Of a DNA stretch of 64,000 nt, positions 37,846-47,231 are shown piece after piece. A model generated the notes under the pieces. That model ran no database searches. It saw only the letters and a list, made by a program, of their open reading frames with translations, and was not told the DNA's origin. Made by a program: the position numbers and the translations under genes. How positions within the stretch are numbered: the first letter of the stretch is position 1; each line of letters opens with the position of its first letter. Source of the DNA: Alphaproteobacteria bacterium (GTDB taxonomy: Bacteria > Pseudomonadota > Alphaproteobacteria > Paracaedibacterales > CAIOTO01); NCBI GenBank assembly GCA_947488275.1, contig CANKZX010000002.1, positions 337 to 64,336 on the forward strand, read 5' to 3'.

Positions 37846-39021
37846 ATGAATAAAATTATTATTTTCATAACACCTCTAATGATAAATCTATCAGTTCTAT
37901 TTTCCATGGAAACAGAATGTAATGAAGAAAATAGTCAAAAGAAACATCTAGTCACAAAAAAACCTATGGTTGCAGGGGCAAGTAACTTCATCCTTGATCA
38001 GATTCACCTAGCAACATCTAGCTTTGTTCGCGAACATGGACTGACTGAAGGAGACACCATTCTTATTGATACAGCGCAAAAGGAAGCATTACTTCGCGCG
38101 GCAACAGATAGCGCGCTTCCTCTATTAATGCAAAGTTCAGGCGGCGCCGTGTCAAACACACTTAGCTGTTTAGCGCGCCTAGGGATTCATGCCCGTGCAA
38201 TGGGTTCAGCCGTTGCTGGTGATGTTTTTGGCGGCGCTTATCTTGCTGATTTAACCCGAAAGGGAGTTGAATATCGCTTAACAGAAACGATTGATCCATC
38301 ACAAGGGTCTGGCGCTTGTTACATATTTATAACGGAGGCAGAATATGTTAATACTGACGGCTCCATTTCTAAAAAAATTGAACGCACCATGGGAACTCAT
38401 ATTGGTGATGCAGGCAGTATTCGCGTATATCAAGATGATATTGACTGGATGAGCGAGGCAGATATGTTTATCGCCGAAGGTTATCTTTTTTGTGAAACAG
38501 CACGGGATGCGATGTTTGAATTGGCGGCAGGGGTAAAGGCAAAAGGCAAACTCGTTACACTGAGTATTGCTGCTGGATTTTGTGCAACAACGTACAAGGA
38601 ATCATTAAATCAATTTATTGATGAACAAGTTGACATTGTGATTGGTGATAAATCTGAGGCATTAACGTTAACAAATAGAACAGATGTACGTGATGCCATT
38701 GCTGCATGGCAAGCCATGGGGAAAAAGGGAGCGATTACATGTGGTATAGAAGGCGCTTATGTTTTTGACGATGCAAAGATTTATCATATAGAACCTCCAT
38801 CTATTGGAACAGTAATTGATGCAACAGGGGCTGGTGATGGATTTGCGGCTGGTTTTGTAGCAGAAATTCTTAAAACAGGTGATATCGTAAATGCTGGAAA
38901 ATTAGGCGCATACTGTGCGGGTAGTGTATTACAAGTAGCAGGTGGATATCCGCCAGAATCATTAGCAAAAGATATCGCTTTGGGATTGCCATGGTTTATT
39001 TTACATAACGAAATTAACTAG
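37846..39021 (+). CDS. PfkB-family carbohydrate/nucleoside kinase with a hydrophobic N-terminal extension
   Basis: Ribokinase-family motif DATGAGDGFAAGFV near the C-terminus. N-terminal MNKIIIFITPLMINLSVLFS is signal/anchor-like. Alternative start at M58 (37966). Confidence 0.8.
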   Translation: MNKIIIFITPLMINLSVLFSMETECNEENSQKKHLVTKKPMVAGASNFILDQIHLATSSFVREHGLTEGDTILIDTAQKEALLRAATDSALPLLMQSSGGAVSNTLSCLARLGIHARAMGSAVAGDVFGGAYLADLTRKGVEYRLTETIDPSQGSGACYIFITEAEYVNTDGSISKKIERTMGTHIGDAGSIRVYQDDIDWMSEADMFIAEGYLFCETARDAMFELAAGVKAKGKLVTLSIAAGFCATTYKESLNQFIDEQVDIVIGDKSEALTLTNRTDVRDAIAAWQAMGKKGAITCGIEGAYVFDDAKIYHIEPPSIGTVIDATGAGDGFAAGFVAEILKTGDIVNAGKLGAYCAGSVLQVAGGYPPESLAKDIALGLPWFILHNEIN

Positions 39022-39071
39022 GTTTGTATCTATTTTATGCAAAATGATTTGGAAGAGGTATGCACATAAAC

Positions 39072-39707
39072 TTATGCAGCAAGTGGTTGATAGGTCTTTT
39101 TTTCATCTGAATAGGTGAAAATTTGCCCTGTCTTAATATCAAAGAACCATAAATGTATCAAAAGATTACCTTGTTCAATTCTTTCCTTAATCCATGGAAA
39201 TGTAAGGCAGTTTTGGCGCGATTGATGAAGAGACTGCTTGGCGCATTCATCAATGGCTTTTGGTTTCATGCTTGCGGTTTTGGGTTTGGTATCTTTTGTT
39301 TTAATAAGCGTCACCCAATTTGTAATAAAGTCATCTTGACCCAAGACATCATGTTTTAAAAGCGCTTGAATGCCACTGCATTGGCTGTGCCCAAGCAAAA
39401 TAAGATGTTCAACATGCAAATAACAAATGCCAAATTCAAGCGCTGCGCTGGTACCATGATGTGCTTCATCTTTTTCATAAGGCGGCACAATATTGGCAAC
39501 ATTGCGCACAACAAATAAATCACCAGGATTACATTGCAAAATAAGCGCTGGATCCACACGGGAATCACAGCATGCAATAACCATCGTTTTTGGTTGCTGC
39601 CCATTACGGGACAAGTGATGCATAATAGACTGATCACCATGCGCATATTTATCTCGAAAGATTTCATAACCTTTAAGGAGTTTTTTTAAACTTTTATTGG
39701 TCGACAT
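39072..39707 (-). CDS. beta-class carbonic anhydrase
   Basis: CCDSRVDP, FVVRNVAN, GHSQCSGI zinc-ligand motifs. Confidence 0.9.
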   Translation of the reverse strand: MSTNKSLKKLLKGYEIFRDKYAHGDQSIMHHLSRNGQQPKTMVIACCDSRVDPALILQCNPGDLFVVRNVANIVPPYEKDEAHHGTSAALEFGICYLHVEHLILLGHSQCSGIQALLKHDVLGQDDFITNWVTLIKTKDTKPKTASMKPKAIDECAKQSLHQSRQNCLTFPWIKERIEQGNLLIHLWFFDIKTGQIFTYSDEKKTYQPLAA

Positions 39708-39911
39708 GTGTAAACGTTATCATTCTTGAATTATGAACCCGATCATACGTAACTTTACCGATCATCGCAAGCACGATTGTACGCATTCCATTTGCTCATT
39801 ACGCATCATTTCACTAAAGCTAGTTCATTTTATTTTTTAACTAAATGTTAATAATTAAACGTCATGCTAAGAATATAAAGTTGGTTATCGATGATAGAAT
39901 AGGTGTGCCCT

Positions 39912-40193
39912 ATGCAATTCTCTGATTATGAAAATGACTTTGAACGCGCATTACATGGTTTTCGTTTGACAACAGCTGAAATTACTTACCATTTACCAGA
40001 TCACCCCCTTCTTTTACAAACGTATGTATGGCAGGAATTTGATTGTCCGCCTCGATTTCCACGTTTGCTTGCCTTTATTGATTTTTGGCACAAAAACATT
40101 GACGGGCAGATTGAGACAATTCAGGTGATGACAGCAGGTGATTTAATCCCTAATTCAATTATGGTTCCTGCAATTAGCGTTGAACTTCACTAA
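39912..40193 (+). CDS. Usg-family protein
   Basis: LTTAEITYHLPDHPLLLQTYVWQEFDCPPRFPRL..FIDFW resembles the alphaproteobacterial Usg family. ATG 39912 preferred over GTG 39903. Confidence 0.7.
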   Translation: MQFSDYENDFERALHGFRLTTAEITYHLPDHPLLLQTYVWQEFDCPPRFPRLLAFIDFWHKNIDGQIETIQVMTAGDLIPNSIMVPAISVELH

Positions 40194-40224
40194 GACAGTC
40201 TCTGATATACCGTCTTTCAAATAA

Positions 40225-40857
40225 CTATTTTATACCACGCATATGATTAACGAAACTTGCAAGTCCAATTTGACGCCTGCGACGTAAACGCTCAGCGATT
40301 AAAATAGCACGGACATTTGAAACACTTTCTTCAAGTGTATGATTGACCATGACATAGTTATATTCTGGCCAATGGCTTAGCTCATACGTAGCTTCACTCA
40401 TGCGGCGCGCAACGACTTCAGCTGTGTCTTGGTTTCGACCACGCAAACGATTCTCTAATTCACTCAGTGATGGCGGCAAAATAAATACTGTAACCAAATC
40501 ATCACGTGATGTTTGACTAATTTGCTGCGTACCCTGCCAATCAATATCAAAAACAACATCTTCGCCATTTCCTAATGTATCGGATACAAATTGATTAGGT
40601 GTGCCATATAAATTACCAAATACTTCGGCATGTTCCAAGAATTCATTATTTTCAAGACGACGTTCAAATTCATCAACAGAGACGAAATAGTAATCAACGC
40701 CATCAACTTCACCTGGGCGTTTTGGTCGCGTTGTAACAGAAATCGATGTTTTTAGTTTTTGTTCTGTTTTTAAGAGCGTATTCACAATAGATGTCTTGCC
40801 AGCACCAGAGGGTGAGGATAAAATCAACATCAAGCCACGCCGTTCAAAATCATTCAT
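40225..40857 (-). CDS. gmk: guanylate kinase
   Basis: P-loop SSPSGAGKTS, TTRPKRPGEVDGVDYYFV, DIDWQG. Confidence 0.95.
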   Translation of the reverse strand: MNDFERRGLMLILSSPSGAGKTSIVNTLLKTEQKLKTSISVTTRPKRPGEVDGVDYYFVSVDEFERRLENNEFLEHAEVFGNLYGTPNQFVSDTLGNGEDVVFDIDWQGTQQISQTSRDDLVTVFILPPSLSELENRLRGRNQDTAEVVARRMSEATYELSHWPEYNYVMVNHTLEESVSNVRAILIAERLRRRRQIGLASFVNHMRGIK

Positions 40858-41047
40858 TCAAATTATTGTCTCATTTTTCAGTATGGCTTAATCATAAGAT
40901 AAGAATATAAAGATGTAAATAATTATTATATTCTGTTTATGTAAAAAAATATTATTTATAAAATTTGATTTATATTTAAAATCTATTACTTTATCAACTT
41001 TATTAAGTGTGATATAGTCCATTATCAAATAAAAGGACAATGATTTT

Positions 41048-42517
41048 ATGGATACAAGTACAGCTATTGTACCATTACCCCAAGGGCACAATAAACACAA
41101 AGAAACTTCTGAGATTGAATCGACTCCCTACAACATCGAAGCAGAGCAAGCTCTGTTAGGTGCTCTTATTTTAAATAATAGCACGTTTGAACAAATTTCT
41201 GATTTTCTGCGTGCGGAACATTTTTCTCAAAAAGTTCATAGCCTTATTTTTCAATCAATTGCGCATTCACTTGAACGTGGTCGCATTGCTGACCCTGTTA
41301 CATTAAAAGATGTTTTAAGCCATGATACTGAATTTAATGAATTGGGCGGTTATCAATATTTGGTTGATTTGTCAGATTCGGTTTATTCACTTGTTAGTGT
41401 GGCAGATTATGGTCGCCTGATTTATGATATGTATATGCGGCGTCAGCTTATTTCGATAGGACATGAAACGGTTGTTGATGCACGAAAATTGGATGGTGAG
41501 CGCTTAGCAAATGATGTGATTGAAGATGCTGAACGGCGGCTCTATCAACTCGCAACAATCGGTCATTCAACATCAGGTGCCGTGTCATTTGGTAAAGCAT
41601 TGGCAAAGGCAATATCGACAGCTGAAATTGCATACAAACGTGATAGTCATGTTGTGGGTGTAACGACTGGCTTTACGGATATGGACAAATGGCTGGGCGG
41701 GCTGCATCCGTCTGACCTTTTGATTTTAGCGGGCAGACCATCCATGGGAAAAACAGCACTTGCCACAAATTTAGCCTTTAATGCGGCAAAGATTTATGCA
41801 GAAAAGAATCGTGATGGCGCGCCTGTCCTCTTTTTCTCACTCGAAATGTCAGCTGAACAATTAGCCAATCGTATTTTATCAAGTGAATCAGGGGTATCAT
41901 CTGATCTTATTCGACGTGGCGCGATTAGAGCTGATGATTTTCCACGTCTAGTTGACGTAAGCCGTCGCTTAAGTGAAGTGCCTCTTTTTATCGATGACAC
42001 ACCTGCACTTACATCAACGGCCGTTCGAAATCGTGCGCGGCGTCTACAACGACAACACGGTATTGGTATGATCGTCATTGACTATTTACAGCTTTTATCA
42101 GGTAATGGTAAAAATGGCGGCGGAGATAGTGGTCGTGTTCAGGAAATTTCAGAAATTACTCGTTCATTAAAAGCGCTGGCCAAGGAATTAAATGTACCTG
42201 TTGTTGCCCTGTCACAGCTTTCACGTGCCGTTGAACAACGTGATGATAAACGTCCGCAACTCTCGGACTTACGTGAATCAGGGTCGATTGAGCAAGACGC
42301 CGACGTCGTGATGTTTGTCTATCGTGAGGAATATTATGAATCACGAAAGGAGCCAACTGAAGGCACTGATAAGCATGCTGAATGGTGTGAACGAATGGCT
42401 GGCATGCATAACAAAGCTGAGGTTATTATTGCCAAACAACGTCACGGTCCTATTGGTACTGTTCGCTTATTCTTTGATGGCGCATTGACAAAATTTGGAA
42501 ATTTAGCGACTGAATAA
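41048..42517 (+). CDS. dnaB: replicative DNA helicase DnaB
   Basis: PYNIEAEQALLGALI, Walker A GRPSMGKTA, IDYLQLL, SQLSRAVEQR, SDLRESGSIEQDAD. Confidence 0.97.
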   Translation: MDTSTAIVPLPQGHNKHKETSEIESTPYNIEAEQALLGALILNNSTFEQISDFLRAEHFSQKVHSLIFQSIAHSLERGRIADPVTLKDVLSHDTEFNELGGYQYLVDLSDSVYSLVSVADYGRLIYDMYMRRQLISIGHETVVDARKLDGERLANDVIEDAERRLYQLATIGHSTSGAVSFGKALAKAISTAEIAYKRDSHVVGVTTGFTDMDKWLGGLHPSDLLILAGRPSMGKTALATNLAFNAAKIYAEKNRDGAPVLFFSLEMSAEQLANRILSSESGVSSDLIRRGAIRADDFPRLVDVSRRLSEVPLFIDDTPALTSTAVRNRARRLQRQHGIGMIVIDYLQLLSGNGKNGGGDSGRVQEISEITRSLKALAKELNVPVVALSQLSRAVEQRDDKRPQLSDLRESGSIEQDADVVMFVYREEYYESRKEPTEGTDKHAEWCERMAGMHNKAEVIIAKQRHGPIGTVRLFFDGALTKFGNLATE

Positions 42518-42543
42518 CGACATTTTGATTCACCAAAAACGAG

Positions 42544-43752
42544 TTAAAGCCATTCTGCGGCATGCCTTAAACATACCTTTTTATCCAATTGAAATTCATA
42601 GTCAAACCACAGGCTTTTAAGACGCCTCAACGTATCACCCATTTGCACACCAGGTGTATAACCAAGGCACAACAAATCCTTTGCTGTTATTGGAAATAAA
42701 GGCAAAGGCATAAAATCACGTACATACTGACGGGTCACGTAAATAGATACACCCGTATTGTTTGCCGCCTTAGCGCGCACTAACAGATTTGCATCAATCC
42801 ACCACTGTGGATTCGTTAATGCAATTTCCTTTAAATTCTTTGTCATCAATGCTTTCAGCTTTTGTTGCTGCGCACGTGATAATTTAAGTGGACAATGAAC
42901 CAAATCTGCAGATATCAACAAAGCACTTAACCGTCGAATTGGACAAATATCACTGCGATTAGACGTCCTCTCCAGTATAATAAGCCGCCGACAAAAGCCG
43001 CTCTTTATAGGCGCTTTAAATGTATGTTCGAGTAAACCATACGCACACAGAGATTGAATGATTGGATTTGGCCAAGGTTGCGCCAGAATGCTGAGCAGTT
43101 CGTGCTGAATACGTTCTATACTAAGTGTAGTCAACCCATGTGCCAACTTATGCAAAGGCGGCAAAACAGTCAAATCCACACATCCATTACCAAAACGTCC
43201 CCAAAAACGAAAATAACGCCAAAGACGTAAATAGTCTTCCGCAATCCGTTGATGAGCGTCACCAATAAAACGCACACACCGATTATGCAAATCCTGCACA
43301 CCATTAAAAGCATCATAAAGTATATTCTTATGATCCACATAAAGTGCATTGATCGTAAAATCACGGCGCGTAGCATCCACAATAAAGGATGTTCCAAAAG
43401 CAACCTCCGCGTGACGACCATCGCTTTTCACATCACATCTTAGACTTGTCACTTCCATGGGCAACCCTCTATATAAAAGTGTTAAGGTGCCGTGGTCGAT
43501 GCCTGTTGGAAAGTAATTAATTTGATTATGATCACAAAACTGAATGACTTCTTGCGGTGTAGCGGCAATGGCAATATCAATATCAGGGGACTTTACAGAA
43601 TTATGTTGATTAAGCAAGGCATCCCGTACGCAGCCCCCAACAAGGCGCGCATCAATATGCTGATCTGCACAAAGATTCAAAAACGCCCATGCTCGTTTAT
43701 CAATACGATCAGGTGCAGCAAATGGCATTTCTGAAAAGGTTGATTGTGTCAT
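42544..43752 (-). CDS. cca: CCA-adding enzyme / poly(A) polymerase-family tRNA nucleotidyltransferase
   Basis: LVGGCVRDALL...DIDIA nucleotidyltransferase head. RRDFTINALY motif. Confidence 0.85.
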   Translation of the reverse strand: MTQSTFSEMPFAAPDRIDKRAWAFLNLCADQHIDARLVGGCVRDALLNQHNSVKSPDIDIAIAATPQEVIQFCDHNQINYFPTGIDHGTLTLLYRGLPMEVTSLRCDVKSDGRHAEVAFGTSFIVDATRRDFTINALYVDHKNILYDAFNGVQDLHNRCVRFIGDAHQRIAEDYLRLWRYFRFWGRFGNGCVDLTVLPPLHKLAHGLTTLSIERIQHELLSILAQPWPNPIIQSLCAYGLLEHTFKAPIKSGFCRRLIILERTSNRSDICPIRRLSALLISADLVHCPLKLSRAQQQKLKALMTKNLKEIALTNPQWWIDANLLVRAKAANNTGVSIYVTRQYVRDFMPLPLFPITAKDLLCLGYTPGVQMGDTLRRLKSLWFDYEFQLDKKVCLRHAAEWL

Positions 43753-43796
43753 AAAAATAAATGCTTATCATAATCTTATCACATCATAAGAGGTTG

Positions 43797-45077
43797 CTAT
43801 ATTGTTTGAAACAATTCTTTAGACATATCAATGCCAGCTTTTAACATTTTACTATTTGCTGTGTGTTTTGTTTGATCATCAATCACCTTCAAATAAACCT
43901 CTGCTGGATTAATAGAAGAACCCTCATAAGTACCTGCCTTAAGGCGGCCTGCGCCATTCTCGCCAGGAAAACAAATTCTTAATTCACCTGATTCATCTGT
44001 TGCTTGAAAAACGCCAGGAAGCCCTTCTGATAATTTATTCACATTATTAAAATGCGCTAAGGGTATTCGTGCATATTTTAGATCTTTACTATTACTGTAA
44101 TGCACAATCACAAAACCATCCTCTGATATATGCATACTTTCATATTCACCTGTGCTATATCCATTAACAAGAGAAGCTTTGTTCAAACGATTTTCAGTTC
44201 CGTTACCTCTAACAGCCGAAAAATCAAGGGCAATCGATGAATTATCGGCGCCATTATCCCATGTAATACCTAATTCTGGCGGAGAAGCGCTGCTCTCCGT
44301 TGTAGATGTTGGATTAAATCCAAGCAATTTGCCATCGACGTCGAATTCAACGTTTACACCATCCACATAATCAGCGCCAATTTCTATACCGCTATCCTCT
44401 GGCACAGCAACGTTAATTTTCCACACCTGACGACCTGCGGCAAGCGTAGGGGCGGTATCTAATTTTGTCCATATACATTCAATATTATGCGCCTTTCCTG
44501 TTGAATCAACGACACTAATTGATGTTTTAAAAGGATCAGCTGAATCGGGTGAAAGCGAGAAAAAGAACGCTGCTTTGTTAGTTGTTTCCTTGATGGGATC
44601 AACTTTTGTAAGATCAAGTGTTTCTAAATTTTCAACTGATTTATCATTTGTACTTTTCGTCGTACCATCTGGGTTTGTTAAAAATACTTGCAAACGTTGC
44701 CCCAATTGATTGCGTACAATGTTATCTTTATCGGGCGCAAATGTACCATTAAATGTAACGCCAAATTTCTCCGTCAATTCATCTTTTACCATAACAGCTG
44801 ATCGTGAAACGGTGGATCCTGCTAATAAAGAAAAATGTGTTGGCACATGCGATTCAACAGGCGCACCCGTTTGATTAAGGTGCCGAATACGTGTGTAATC
44901 AATATTGCAGCCACTATTCGACGTTTCAGACATAACACCAAGAAATTCCATAGGTGCACCTGCAACGGTGTCAGAGGCGGTAATATTGGCAGCATGCCCT
45001 TTCATTTTCTGACTACAAAGACCAAGACCTTGGATACTAATTGCCAATGAACTTGAATTACCAATTCGATCAATCAT
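43797..45077 (-). CDS. flgE: flagellar hook protein FlgE (divergent, short)
   Basis: C-terminal rod/hook segment YEGSSINPAEVYLKVIDDQTKHTANSKMLKAGIDMSKEL. N-terminal ...AANITASDTVAG. Downstream of flgD. Confidence 0.75.
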   Translation of the reverse strand: MIDRIGNSSSLAISIQGLGLCSQKMKGHAANITASDTVAGAPMEFLGVMSETSNSGCNIDYTRIRHLNQTGAPVESHVPTHFSLLAGSTVSRSAVMVKDELTEKFGVTFNGTFAPDKDNIVRNQLGQRLQVFLTNPDGTTKSTNDKSVENLETLDLTKVDPIKETTNKAAFFFSLSPDSADPFKTSISVVDSTGKAHNIECIWTKLDTAPTLAAGRQVWKINVAVPEDSGIEIGADYVDGVNVEFDVDGKLLGFNPTSTTESSASPPELGITWDNGADNSSIALDFSAVRGNGTENRLNKASLVNGYSTGEYESMHISEDGFVIVHYSNSKDLKYARIPLAHFNNVNKLSEGLPGVFQATDESGELRICFPGENGAGRLKAGTYEGSSINPAEVYLKVIDDQTKHTANSKMLKAGIDMSKELFQTI

Positions 45078-45120
45078 GATATGTTTCCTTAACTACATGT
45101 TTCGGTTTTTTATATTTAAT

Positions 45121-45945
45121 TTAGAGTGTTGTTCCCATATGTGTGGGCGTCGGCGTGGGTGGTGGCATGGTCTGTGTTTGATACAAGCGCATGGCTTTAT
45201 CCATATAGGTCATTCGGTCGAGGTTATAGATAGGCACACTTCCAGAGTAAGGAACCACAAATTCTTTATTACTGAAGTCAATATCTGTAATGCGACTTTT
45301 TAATTCGATTTCTGTATCAAGTGGATTGTTATATATGCCATAGGCTTCAACCTCTACTGTATATTCACCTTTTGGCGCGTCATCGCCGTCACTCATTTTT
45401 CCATCCCATATATATTTATTACGCCCTTTTTTAGCATCAATTTCTTTAATGAAAATAATATCTCCATCACTATTTCGAAAAGCAATTTTTGCTGTATGGG
45501 GAAGCTCTGAAAAATGAAAATAAATTTCTTGCTCGTCATTCTGAAGGTCAAAATAATTCCCTGAATGTTGAACATCTTTACCCTGCAATTGGATGGCAGT
45601 CGTGCTAAAATTAGCCTTTTGTAAATGAAGTGATCTTTGTTGCGTTGTCGTCAGTTCACGGGTATTCGCCATAAGAACAAGATTCTGTAGTGATTCAGTC
45701 ACCTTTTCTGTACTTGAATCATCACCTGGAAAATGATTCTTAATTTGCGCGAATAGCATTTCAAGTGTAAACTTAATACTTTCCTCACCTTTGATTCCCA
45801 ATGTTCGATGCAAATCAACACTATTATCGCCATGTCCAATATTATGATCCAGTTCTTGCAGGTCAAAACTATTTTTTCTTTTTTTTGCCGCGTGATCCGT
45901 GTAAGTTAGGATAGGTGACATTGCCTTTTGAATATTTCCTGACAT
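45121..45945 (-). CDS. flgD: flagellar hook-capping/assembly protein FlgD
   Basis: LEMLFAQIKNHFPGDD (FlgD N-domain block). C-terminal Ig-like region with GEYTVEVEAYG. Confidence 0.75.
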   Translation of the reverse strand: MSGNIQKAMSPILTYTDHAAKKRKNSFDLQELDHNIGHGDNSVDLHRTLGIKGEESIKFTLEMLFAQIKNHFPGDDSSTEKVTESLQNLVLMANTRELTTTQQRSLHLQKANFSTTAIQLQGKDVQHSGNYFDLQNDEQEIYFHFSELPHTAKIAFRNSDGDIIFIKEIDAKKGRNKYIWDGKMSDGDDAPKGEYTVEVEAYGIYNNPLDTEIELKSRITDIDFSNKEFVVPYSGSVPIYNLDRMTYMDKAMRLYQTQTMPPPTPTPTHMGTTL

Positions 45946-45948
45946 GAA

Positions 45949-47106
45949 CTATACTCCCTGCTGGTTGGCGTTTTTAGTTAATATTTGAATAGCATCAGGT
46001 GCAACCTCAAGATCAGCATCAATTAAAATCAACTTGATACTCTCGCGATTTTGACTAAGCAATCGCTGCATTTCCTTTTTCTCGCCCTTAAATATTAAAC
46101 GTGCCTTTCCATTATCAACCGTTAAGTCCATATCAACAGATCCCAATGTTTGATGCTTCATTTGCACACTGATATTAGCATTTTTGATATTAAATTCACG
46201 GTTGATGCGCGAATGAAGCGTGCTAATAATAGTCCGAATGGCATCTGATTTTTGCGCTGTTTCTTCAGCACGCGCAATGATCTGTTTTGCATTTTGTTCG
46301 GGGTTATCAAGAAAGTCAGAACTCCCATCATAACCTGAATCACCACCAAGTGAACGGTCTGTTTGTTGCCAAGCTGACAGGGCATTCATAGGCAATGTTG
46401 ATTTAAAATGTTCTGTTTCATCCAACAAATCATGTTCAATCGGATGCATTGTAAGGGCTGATAATGGAATTTGAATCGTCGATTGTGGAATATAATGCCC
46501 TGTTGCTGTCGCACTTATACTCATAATATTTTGTTTAGCTTCATGACGCATGATTTTTGACAACGCTTCAAATGCGGCACGTTTGCGATTATTGGCTATA
46601 TTTTGTGTATGCCTATCGGATAAATCAACGATTGCCTCTTTATCCGATATTTCCTCCCCTTCTTTTAGGGTGATTGGTGCATCGTCTGTATCATCCTTTT
46701 GCACAGCGTGTGATGATACAAAGGAGTCTGATGGCGTTGTTCCCACTAAATCAAAGGTCTCTATAGGAAGATGGGGAACAATAATGTGTGAAGAAAATGC
46801 ATTGCTGCTTTGTAAATCCAGAGTATTTTCTGCTGCCAAGGTTGCAGCAAGTTGATTCGCTATGGCTTCAATTTCACCAATATTATCGGTTGGCATGATA
46901 TAGAGTGAGCGTGGATCATTACTCAACACTTTCTTTAGCTTTATTTGCTGATGTGCTACATCTTTTAAATAAGCAGAAAATTGATCAGATGACTCAATAG
47001 ACGCATCATTTTCATGTGATTGATTGCTGGTATATACGGTTTTTACTGGCGCATGACGTAACGAAAGCGCGTCATTTGAGGTGCTTGTTGCATGGATATA
47101 TGCCAT
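45949..47106 (-). CDS. fliK: flagellar hook-length control protein FliK-like
   Basis: C-terminal Flg_hook-like block ISVQMKHQTLGSVDMDLTVDNGKARLIF...MQRLLSQNRESIKLIL. Immediately upstream of flgD. Confidence 0.6.
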   Translation of the reverse strand: MAYIHATSTSNDALSLRHAPVKTVYTSNQSHENDASIESSDQFSAYLKDVAHQQIKLKKVLSNDPRSLYIMPTDNIGEIEAIANQLAATLAAENTLDLQSSNAFSSHIIVPHLPIETFDLVGTTPSDSFVSSHAVQKDDTDDAPITLKEGEEISDKEAIVDLSDRHTQNIANNRKRAAFEALSKIMRHEAKQNIMSISATATGHYIPQSTIQIPLSALTMHPIEHDLLDETEHFKSTLPMNALSAWQQTDRSLGGDSGYDGSSDFLDNPEQNAKQIIARAEETAQKSDAIRTIISTLHSRINREFNIKNANISVQMKHQTLGSVDMDLTVDNGKARLIFKGEKKEMQRLLSQNRESIKLILIDADLEVAPDAIQILTKNANQQGV

Positions 47107-47231
47107 AAAAAATCACTTATTGAATAGTTGCTATAATTTGTGTTTATTGCAAGATGCATGCCAGAAATCACTTGCATTAAAAATTCTCTCATTTACAATG
47201 AATTTAGTTAAATTGTAACTTTAGGTGTAAA

